From the IMG/VR virus record IMGVR_UViG_3300024254_000015, positions 1-41,947 of that record: DNA of 41,947 bases; one strand, 5' to 3'. Below, piece by piece: positions 34,604-41,947 of this stretch. A program made the translations under genes and the position numbers. The notes under the pieces were generated by a model. That model was not told where the DNA came from and ran no database searches. It was given only the letters and a program-made list of their open reading frames with translations. The DNA is from a virus. Lineage: Duplodnaviria > Caudoviricetes. Position 1 is the first letter of the stretch. Each line of letters starts with the position of its first letter.

Positions 34604-35121
34604 TGACTTATTCTCCCACCTGGATCTCTGAATCCACCCAGATCGGCTGGACCGCTCCGGGCAACGTAGACGACTCGATGCTTGTACCCTGCGGCACCGT
34701 CGCGACCTTCCGCGATGCTGTCCTGGGCGGCGGCGAGTTCATCTACCTCCTTGGTGCTGCCAACACCATCCTTGGCAGCGTCGTCACCTATATCCAGTCA
34801 GCTGGTGTGTCGCTGACCGGGACTACCACCCTTTGGGCTGGCACCGCGAACAGCGGGCAGAACATCGCGGTGGCCACGGCTGCCATCGTTGCGGCGAAGT
34901 GGGGCTGGTATCAGATCGGCGGGGCGGCGATTGTCGCGACCTCCGGTACGGTTACCGCTGGAAACCCATTGTACTTCCAGACCACCGGCGTGGTTCAGTC
35001 GGCGGCAGTCAACGGCAAGCAGATCATGGGCGCGGTGGCGACATCGGCCAATGGTGTGCCCACGACCAATCAGACGATTGTGCAGCTGGATCGCCCGAAC
35101 GTGCAGAGCCAGACGACTTAG
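34603..35121 (+). CDS. Capsid decoration/cement protein
   Basis: GGGEFIYL.G..AVA..WGWYQIGG; TAATG-coupled after the MCP and followed by a terminator. Confidence 0.65.
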   Translation: MTYSPTWISESTQIGWTAPGNVDDSMLVPCGTVATFRDAVLGGGEFIYLLGAANTILGSVVTYIQSAGVSLTGTTTLWAGTANSGQNIAVATAAIVAAKWGWYQIGGAAIVATSGTVTAGNPLYFQTTGVVQSAAVNGKQIMGAVATSANGVPTTNQTIVQLDRPNVQSQTT

Positions 35122-35153
35122 AGAGGGGTTGCTAAGTGGCAGCCTAACTATGA

Positions 35154-35191
35154 CTCCCCGGTTCCTCCACGCAGGGATCGGGGAGATTTTT
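35154..35191 (+). terminator. Rho-independent terminator after the capsid genes
   Basis: 13-bp stem CTCCCCGGTTCCT/AGGGATCGGGGAG followed by ATTTTT. Confidence 0.7.
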
Positions 35192-35228
35192 CATTTACCG
35201 GCAAGCCTGATGGGCTGATGGAGGATTT

Positions 35229-35876
35229 ATGGACAGCGTGCCGTTTCTGTGGACCGACCCCAGCGCCCCTCCGGGCGTGACCCCCGACCAGTTGATCGTG
35301 ATGTTCAGGGAGGTGGCCGACAAGGACAAGGTATCGTCCGATGTGGCGGGCTACGACATCTTCGACAACGTGCTGTTTGCCGAGATTTCGGCGGGAGGAC
35401 ATATGGCGAAGTCCAGCGTGGTGCATGAGTGCGAGCGCAAGAAACCCGACGGGACGGTGATCCGGCATCCGATCCATTACCGGCGTTTCCAGACCATCAT
35501 CGAGCAGTTCAAGAGCGGCCAGACCGACATCGGGGTGGGCACGCCTCTCAGCCTTCTTCCGGGCATGGATGCGGCCAAGATGGCGACGCTCAAGGCTGCA
35601 GGAGTGCACTTCGTCGAAACGCTGGCCCAGGTGGCCGATTCGATGCAGGTCACGGCCATGATGGGCTTCGGAGAGCTTCGGAACAATGCGCGGAAGTTCA
35701 TCGACCTTCGCGAGAAGAACGCGCCGATGGTCAAGATGGAAGGCATCGAGAAGGAACTGCGGGCGCAGAACGAGAACCTTCAGCGGCAACTTAACGAACT
35801 GATCGCAAGGTTTGGAGCGCCCGAGGAGAAGCGCGGTCCCGGCCGTCCCCGGAAACAAGAGCAAGAGGCCGCCTGA
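35229..35876 (+). CDS. Hypothetical protein (HhH-like segment, coiled coil, RGPGRPRK tail)
   Basis: GGAGG RBS; GTPL..LPGM..LKAAGVHFVETLA. Confidence 0.7.
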   Translation: MDSVPFLWTDPSAPPGVTPDQLIVMFREVADKDKVSSDVAGYDIFDNVLFAEISAGGHMAKSSVVHECERKKPDGTVIRHPIHYRRFQTIIEQFKSGQTDIGVGTPLSLLPGMDAAKMATLKAAGVHFVETLAQVADSMQVTAMMGFGELRNNARKFIDLREKNAPMVKMEGIEKELRAQNENLQRQLNELIARFGAPEEKRGPGRPRKQEQEAA

Positions 35877-36322
35877 TGGCAGACAGTCCCTTTTGGCCCA
35901 GTCGCCAGCGTGGGAGGGCCGCCATGGGCCTTCCCAACGACAACATGGCGCAGATTGCGCAGATGCTTCTGAAGGGAAACGAGACGGCCCAGACGCCTCC
36001 TTTCATTCCGCCACAGGCTGCGGCCAACATCGGAGCCAACGTCGGGACGGGCATCGGCGGAGCTATTGCGCCGCCCACTCCGCCGGTCACGGTGCAGGCA
36101 ACACCGCCGATGGCTCCTCCCATGACATCGCCGACACCGCCGCCGGGCGATCAGGGCTTGCCAAGCACTCTGACGCAGAGCGCGACGGCGGCGGATGCCA
36201 ACAATCCTATCAGCGGTCCTTCAACGCCGGGTTTCTGGCAGCGCTTCAACAAGGCGATCTCCTCGGGACAGGTGCCGGAAGGCTACCGCGGCGTGATGGG
36301 CGAGATGATCAAGAATGGCTAG
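35876..36322 (+). CDS. Pro-rich hypothetical protein
   Basis: TGATG-coupled; fills the gap to the adaptor gene. Confidence 0.55.
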   Translation: MADSPFWPSRQRGRAAMGLPNDNMAQIAQMLLKGNETAQTPPFIPPQAAANIGANVGTGIGGAIAPPTPPVTVQATPPMAPPMTSPTPPPGDQGLPSTLTQSATAADANNPISGPSTPGFWQRFNKAISSGQVPEGYRGVMGEMIKNG

Positions 36323-37052
36323 CGCTGCCTGCCTTACGATGGTTCAGGAGGTCTGCGCCGAGCAGTCGCTGCCTATTCCCACGACGCTGTTCGGGGTGAT
36401 CGACAGCCAGCCCCTGCAGCTTCGTGCGTTGCTCAACCTCGAGATCAGCACGCTTCGCAAGTGGCCGGACATCTACTGGACCAAGCTCAAGAAGGAATGG
36501 ACCTTCACTACCCTTGCGGCGGATGTGCAGCCGTCCAATGCCTTGCCGCCTGCGGCAGACTTTGACCACTTCATCGACAACACGATGTGGGACCGCACGC
36601 TTGTCAGACCTGTGGTGGGTCCGATCTCTCCCCAACTGTGGGAAGCATGGAAGGCGCGGCCGGTTCTTACCTCTGTGGTTTACGGCTTCATCCTGCGGGG
36701 AAACGATTTCCTGACGGCTCCCAATCCTCCGGCGGGAGATTCGGTCTACTACGAATACATCAGCCAGTATTGCGTCTATTCGCTCGGCACGGCGACGACA
36801 CCGGACCAGCAGACCTTCCAGGACGACACCGATACCTGCATCTTCCCGACCACGGTTGTGCAGCAGGGGCTTCGTTGGAGGTTCCTGCGGGCCAAGGGCC
36901 TTTCCTATGCTCAGGAATACGCCGAGTGGATCAACATGGTGCAGATCGAAGCGGCAAGGAATGGCGGGATGCCGATGCTGTCGATGGCAGGCAGCTACAA
37001 TGAGTGGCTGGCGGGTCCGTTCGTCCCGCAGTTCAACTTCCCGGGTCCATAA
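36315..37052 (+). CDS. Head-tail adaptor / tail tubular protein A-like
   Basis: LPPAADFD..TMWDRT..GPISPQ.W..LRWRFLRAKGLSY; podovirus synteny. Confidence 0.7.
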   Translation: MASAACLTMVQEVCAEQSLPIPTTLFGVIDSQPLQLRALLNLEISTLRKWPDIYWTKLKKEWTFTTLAADVQPSNALPPAADFDHFIDNTMWDRTLVRPVVGPISPQLWEAWKARPVLTSVVYGFILRGNDFLTAPNPPAGDSVYYEYISQYCVYSLGTATTPDQQTFQDDTDTCIFPTTVVQQGLRWRFLRAKGLSYAQEYAEWINMVQIEAARNGGMPMLSMAGSYNEWLAGPFVPQFNFPGP

Positions 37053-38473
37053 TGCCGTCCGTGTTGCAGATCTATGCTCCGCAAAAGCTGTGGCGGACGC
37101 AGATTGTTGATCGCATTGCTGCCGTCTCCAATTACTGGACCGTCACCAACTATGGAGTTGTGGGAGATGGCGTAACCGACGACACGGCGGCATGGCAGGC
37201 AATCTTCGACGCGGTGCCGAATGGAACGATTATCATCGTGCCTGATCCGACATTTGTAATGGTGCTGACCTCAACCATTACGATGACCGACAAGCACGGC
37301 GTTATCATCACAAGTCAGCTCGACGCCAATAATTTCGCTCCGGTTCCGACCTTCAAATGGGCGGGAGGCAATCACGGCGTCATGCTAGACATGGAGCGCT
37401 GTCAGGCGTGTCACGTCGAGGGCTTCAACTGGATCACCACCAACGGCACCACGGTTGATACTGCGGTCAATATCGATGGCTTCGGTGTCACCGGCATCTC
37501 GACCAAGAACTGGGTGCGCTTCAACTCGTTCAATTTCAGCAACCAGTTGAACTCGGCGGCAAAGATCGTCTCGATCTCGGCTACGGCCACCAGCAACAAC
37601 GAGAACATGCGGGTGTGGGATAACGAGTTCATCGTTTCCAACACAGGCTTTCCAACACCCTCACCGTCCGCCGGTTATGGAATCTATAACGGGCCCAGCG
37701 CCAACGCCAAGCATCAGCTGCTTTATAGAAACAACATTTCTAACGCGACTACCGGCATCTATATGTCGAACGGTTCCTGTGACATCCAGCATGTCGGTGG
37801 CGGGGCCAATCTCGTGGACATCCATATCCCTCTTTCCACCGAACCCGCCTATATCAGGAATCTGGAAACAGAAAACAGCACACAGGGCGTAATCTTCGAG
37901 CCCGGAAATGGTTCTCTGACGCTCGATGACTGCCGGTTCTCCAATAGCGGGCAGACCAACGCGGGAGGGTTTGTGGAACTCGCCGGGACGGTCACGATCC
38001 GCAATAGCAATTTCGAGGCACGCCCCCCGGTCGGTGGCGTCGTGATCAAATGGACGGGCAGCAACTCGCTCCTTCTCACGGTCCATGATTCCGTGTTCGC
38101 CGCTGGGACGACGTATGCCGAGACTGGCCTGCAAGCCTTCGTTACTTCTCTGGAAGCCAATGTGGGTCTTGGCGCTCTGGTCGTGTGGAATCTCCAGCGG
38201 GTCTCCGGGATGCCATCGCGATATTTCTTCCAATCCAACAACTTCGATCCGGTCACTAACGACCCGGTGGGCTGGAAGTTCAGGCAACCGATTTCTTTGC
38301 CTGCAGTGACCTTTGCCCAACTGACGCTAGCTGGAAACCCGGCGGGCCCCGGTGCGCTCGCCTGTGTGACCAATTCCAATACCAATGTCTTTGGGGCGGC
38401 AATTGCCGGCGGCGGCGGGTTCACCGTGCTGGCCTTTTTTAACGGCGCTAACTGGACGGTGGCAGGGATATGA
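37052..38473 (+). CDS. Tailspike-like parallel beta-helix protein (pectate-lyase-like)
   Basis: VTNYGVVGDGVTDDTAAWQA motif; Asn-rich beta-helix repeats. Confidence 0.75.
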   Translation: MPSVLQIYAPQKLWRTQIVDRIAAVSNYWTVTNYGVVGDGVTDDTAAWQAIFDAVPNGTIIIVPDPTFVMVLTSTITMTDKHGVIITSQLDANNFAPVPTFKWAGGNHGVMLDMERCQACHVEGFNWITTNGTTVDTAVNIDGFGVTGISTKNWVRFNSFNFSNQLNSAAKIVSISATATSNNENMRVWDNEFIVSNTGFPTPSPSAGYGIYNGPSANAKHQLLYRNNISNATTGIYMSNGSCDIQHVGGGANLVDIHIPLSTEPAYIRNLETENSTQGVIFEPGNGSLTLDDCRFSNSGQTNAGGFVELAGTVTIRNSNFEARPPVGGVVIKWTGSNSLLLTVHDSVFAAGTTYAETGLQAFVTSLEANVGLGALVVWNLQRVSGMPSRYFFQSNNFDPVTNDPVGWKFRQPISLPAVTFAQLTLAGNPAGPGALACVTNSNTNVFGAAIAGGGGFTVLAFFNGANWTVAGI

Positions 38474-40104
38474 TGTTCCGCGCCTCCGTCATCGAAAAGG
38501 CCGAAGCCCAGAAGGGCCAAGTCTCTGCGCCTTTCAATCTTCCGTCTCCCACGGGAGGCATAAACGCGCGTGACAACTTCACGGCGATGGACCCCAAGGA
38601 TGCGGTCAACCTTGTAAACGCCTTCCCCGAAGCCAATTCGGTGGATGTCCGCCGGGGCTTTACCTCGGTATCGTTGGGCGTGGATGGCGCTGTGCAGACT
38701 CTGCTGGTCTGGCGTGGCACGACGGACAAGATTTTTGGCGCGGCCGGTTCCAAGATCCTGGATGTCAGTGTCAGTCCCGCCGTGGCTGTCCTGACTGGTT
38801 TTTCCAATGCCAAATGGCAATGGACCAACCTCGAGAATGCGGGAGGTCAGTTTCTCGTCGCTGTGAATGGGGCCGATCACATTCAGGAGTTCGACGGTAC
38901 GACATGGACGGTTCCCACGATCACGGGAGTAGATGACACAACTCTGATTAACGTCACGCAGTTCAAGGAACGGCTGTGGTTCATCGAAAACAACAGCCTA
39001 AACCTCTGGTACCTCGAGACGCAGGCCATCCAAGGAGCAGCTAGTCAGTTTCCCCTAGGAGCAGTCTTCAAGCGTGGTGGCTATCTCATCGGTTTGGGCA
39101 GTTTCTCGCGAGATGCGGGCGAAGGGCCCGACGATTACTTCTGCATCGCCACCAACAACGGTGAGATCGCGGTCTACCAGGGGACAGACCCGACCAGCGC
39201 TACGACGTGGTCTCTTGTAGGCATCTTCACGGTGGGCAAGCCCATCGGACGGCGTTGCATGTCAAATCTGGGAGGTGATCTGATCATCGTCACGCAGGAT
39301 GGCGTGGTTTCAATGCAGGCGGCCTTGCAGTACGGACGCGACGCTGGGGCCAAGGCGATGGTCACTTCCAAGATTCAGACGCTATTCAGCGAGCAGTCGC
39401 GGGCATATTTCACTAATTGGGGCTGGCAACCCATCGTCTATCCGAGGTCACGTTATTTCATCGTCAATGTCCCTCAAGTCCAGGACACGACGATGATTCA
39501 ACTGGTGATGAACACCGTTACCGGCTCGTGGTGCCGGTTCTCCAACATGAATGCCGAGTGCTGGGGGGTAGCTAACGACCTGCTGTATTTCGGCGCGACT
39601 AATGGCATCGTCTATCAGGCGGATGTTGGTTATCTGGATGAAACCACCGGCACGTTGACGTTCATCAACGAGTCGGGCGGCATCCTGCATTTTCAGAACG
39701 CCATGGGCCAGGACATCTTCTTCACGGTCGTTAGTCAGGGTCCGATTGAGTGGGAAGTGCAGACTTCGTGGCAGGCGCTATGGGGTAAGTCCAATAAGAT
39801 GTTCACCGCCGTCAGACCGGAGATGCTGACGGGTGGAAACGTGCAGTTTGCCATCGATGTTGACGTGGATTTCGTCACCCAGACCCCGGTCGGTTCGCTG
39901 ACGACGGATCCTATTGTTGGCATGGTGTGGCCATGGACATGGCCCGGAACATGGGGCGGGCAGAACGTCTTCGATGCGAAGTGGCATTCGGTAGGCAAGT
40001 TCGGCACATGGTCGAGCGTCCATCTGAAAGGCATTGTCTCAGGCGCACCTTGCCAGCTCGAGTCGTTCGACATCGTGGGCCAGAGGGGTGGGGTCTATGG
40101 CTAG
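38470..40104 (+). CDS. Tail nozzle / head-closure protein (P22 gp10 / T7 gp12 positional equivalent)
   Basis: PSPTGGINARD, VRRG, FKERLWF, beta-propeller-like; follows the adaptor. Confidence 0.75.
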   Translation: MMFRASVIEKAEAQKGQVSAPFNLPSPTGGINARDNFTAMDPKDAVNLVNAFPEANSVDVRRGFTSVSLGVDGAVQTLLVWRGTTDKIFGAAGSKILDVSVSPAVAVLTGFSNAKWQWTNLENAGGQFLVAVNGADHIQEFDGTTWTVPTITGVDDTTLINVTQFKERLWFIENNSLNLWYLETQAIQGAASQFPLGAVFKRGGYLIGLGSFSRDAGEGPDDYFCIATNNGEIAVYQGTDPTSATTWSLVGIFTVGKPIGRRCMSNLGGDLIIVTQDGVVSMQAALQYGRDAGAKAMVTSKIQTLFSEQSRAYFTNWGWQPIVYPRSRYFIVNVPQVQDTTMIQLVMNTVTGSWCRFSNMNAECWGVANDLLYFGATNGIVYQADVGYLDETTGTLTFINESGGILHFQNAMGQDIFFTVVSQGPIEWEVQTSWQALWGKSNKMFTAVRPEMLTGGNVQFAIDVDVDFVTQTPVGSLTTDPIVGMVWPWTWPGTWGGQNVFDAKWHSVGKFGTWSSVHLKGIVSGAPCQLESFDIVGQRGGVYG

Positions 40105-40552
40105 GCTTCTGCTGGGCCATGACGAGGAGGCGGGCAGGTTCGTGGCCGAGCGTTCTCCAATTGAGAAACCGATCTGGCCGGCGGGGTTCGTGGGATTCGG
40201 TATCTTGGGGTCGGACGACAAATGGATAGCAGGGGTTGTGTTTAGCGATTGGCAGGAGGACTGCCGGCGTATAGAATTGAGCGCTTGCGCGGACGATCCG
40301 CGCGCCTTCAGCACCCGGATACTGTTCCAGTTAGGGAACTATGTATTTGGACAGTTGAATGTTTTTCGCTGTTGGGCGCGAACATCAACTGAGAACCGCA
40401 GAGCCCGCAAGTTCCTGAAGGGCATCGGTTTTACGGAAGAAAGCACCCAGGCGCACTGGTATGGCGTAGGCCAGCACTGCATTACCGCGCGCGTGACAGC
40501 GCCGGAATGGCAGAGGAAATGGGGCTTTAGTCCGATGAAGAAGGCAGCCTGA
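40097..40552 (+). CDS. GNAT-family acetyltransferase
   Basis: AGVVF..YVFGQL..RCWART..NRRARKFLKGIGFTEE. Confidence 0.75.
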   Translation: MARLLLGHDEEAGRFVAERSPIEKPIWPAGFVGFGILGSDDKWIAGVVFSDWQEDCRRIELSACADDPRAFSTRILFQLGNYVFGQLNVFRCWARTSTENRRARKFLKGIGFTEESTQAHWYGVGQHCITARVTAPEWQRKWGFSPMKKAA

Positions 40553-40553
40553 C

Positions 40554-41378
40554 ATGGGTGGTGGTGGAGCAGCCCCAACCCCTCCGAACCCGGCACAGGT
40601 CTCGGCGGAGCAGTCCAAGAGCAACGTCAATACGGCGGTTGCCCAGTCGGTTCTTGGGAATACCAATCAATATACCCCTTATGGGTCGCTGACCTACCAG
40701 CAGACCGGCGGTCAGATGGTGGATGGCAACTGGGTGCCGTCCTACTCGGCCATCCAGAAGCTCTCCCCCGAGCAACAGGCGATCTACAACAAGACGACGG
40801 GCCTGCAGAATCAGGCGCTGGACCTCGGGCCGCAGGCGCTGACCAATGTAGGGGGATCGCTCAATACGCCCCTGCAAGACCCCACGGCGCTGCGCAACAG
40901 TGCCTACGACGCCCTGACAGCCCGCTCGACGCAGGCGCTGGACCTGCAGCAGAAGCAGCAGGCGACGCAGTTGGTAAATCAGGGCATCAATCCGGGCACC
41001 GAGGCATGGGACAACGCCATGCGGCCCATCGAGCAGGCGCGGGTGGATGCAAGCAATCAGGGGGTCATCAACGCGGGCAACGTAGCTTCACAGAACCTGA
41101 GCCAGCAGCAGACCATCCATAACCAGCCTCTGCAGGATTACTCAACCTTGCTTGGATTCGGTGGTGGTGTGACGCAGCCGACCTATGCTCCCTCGAGTGC
41201 AGGACAGGTGGCCCCCACGGATGTCAGCGGGAACTATAACAACGCCTATCAGAGCCAGCTTCAGCAGTACCAGATGCAGCAGGGACAGAATAACGCTTTG
41301 ATGGGTGGCTTGTTCGGTCTGGCCGGTTCGGCGGCGGGTATTGGCGGCCTTTATGGGGCCAAGAGGCTGTTCGGCTGA
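40554..41378 (+). CDS. Internal virion/DNA transfer (pilot) protein
   Basis: MGGGGAAP.PP.P, NQYTPYGSLTY, Gln-rich helices, C-terminal GGLFGLAG hydrophobic segment. Confidence 0.7.
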   Translation: MGGGGAAPTPPNPAQVSAEQSKSNVNTAVAQSVLGNTNQYTPYGSLTYQQTGGQMVDGNWVPSYSAIQKLSPEQQAIYNKTTGLQNQALDLGPQALTNVGGSLNTPLQDPTALRNSAYDALTARSTQALDLQQKQQATQLVNQGINPGTEAWDNAMRPIEQARVDASNQGVINAGNVASQNLSQQQTIHNQPLQDYSTLLGFGGGVTQPTYAPSSAGQVAPTDVSGNYNNAYQSQLQQYQMQQGQNNALMGGLFGLAGSAAGIGGLYGAKRLFG

Positions 41379-41947
41379 TGGTCGATACCTCTCCTCTCCT
41401 TGCCTCCCTCCTTCTTGGACAAAAGCGCCGCGTTGATCCGATTGAAGCGCAGCGGGCCTATGGCCAGAAGCTGATCACGCAGGGCTCCTCAACGGCTCCG
41501 CTGGGCTCAGGAAGTCCGCTGGAAGGGATCGCCCGAGCATTGCAGGCGGGGCTTGGTGGTCTGACGGCGGGCGCCGCTGACGCAGAGGAAAAGGCGAAGG
41601 GCCAGAAGCAAATCGCGGCGCTTGCCAACATTGCGGGTGCCAACAACAAGGATGAGCTAACGGCGGCGATCAAGAGCAGCGAGATCGATCCTGAACTAGC
41701 CGGTCCTTTGATGGCGCAGATCCTTCAAGGCAAACAGGCGCAGTTCGCCCGAAACGAAGCGGCGGGGAGTTTCGGCGCGGGCTTTGGCGGCACGGGAGGC
41801 ACCACGAGCGGTCCCGGCACGGGTGGGACGACCATCGACATCACGCCCAAGCCGGCTCCTCCGGGCTTCTCCAACAATTCTGGCAACATCCGCTCGACGG
41901 CTCCGGGCAATTATAACGGCTTTGCGACCTACGACACACCGCAGCAA
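41378..41947 (+). CDS. 5' part of the ejection protein that continues at 133
   Basis: TGATG-coupled ATG 41378; 190 open codons to the window end, in frame with 133..1380. Confidence 0.8.
   Translation, partial: MVDTSPLLASLLLGQKRRVDPIEAQRAYGQKLITQGSSTAPLGSGSPLEGIARALQAGLGGLTAGAADAEEKAKGQKQIAALANIAGANNKDELTAAIKSSEIDPELAGPLMAQILQGKQAQFARNEAAGSFGAGFGGTGGTTSGPGTGGTTIDITPKPAPPGFSNNSGNIRSTAPGNYNGFATYDTPQQ
41822..41947 (+). repeat. 126-bp terminal direct repeat (copy 2)
   Basis: Identical to 7-132. Confidence 0.95.

Overview
The window is an apparently complete, circularly assembled ~41.8 kb short-tailed (podovirus-type) dsDNA phage genome. It is GC-rich and probably infects a Gram-negative host (Rz/Rz1 spanins, HldE); Alphaproteobacteria is a guess. 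Bases 7-132 repeat exactly at 41822-41947, and one ~605-aa virion gene runs across that join. Modules in order: ejection and tail-fibre genes (1-6871); lysis (6868-9074); a leftward early operon (9114-15910) with a ssDNA-annealing-like protein, HNH nucleases and a C5-methyltransferase-like protein, ending in a putative protease/Gly-rich trio; a divergent control region (~15911-16068); a rightward operon with a lambda-O-type initiator carrying four 22-bp-spaced iterons; a 6-kb sugar-modification cluster (HldE, Fe/2OG dioxygenase, three SAM methyltransferases, a GT-A-like protein and a TPR-GT9-like glycosyltransferase); an inverted RHH-linked cassette; then terminase, portal, an extra glycosyltransferase, scaffold, capsid, adaptor, tailspike, nozzle and GNAT genes. 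No integrase, CI-like repressor, polymerase or helicase was recognised. Two signals stand out: (i) a promoter-preceded, circularly permuted tRNA-mimic RNA antisense inside the lysis module (8370-8454), with a second tRNA-like C4-type antisense RNA in the head module (32339-32488); (ii) a phage-encoded NDP-heptose activation/transfer/methylation pathway that may glycosylate the virion or the host surface. All family calls come from motif recognition by eye, not database searches.
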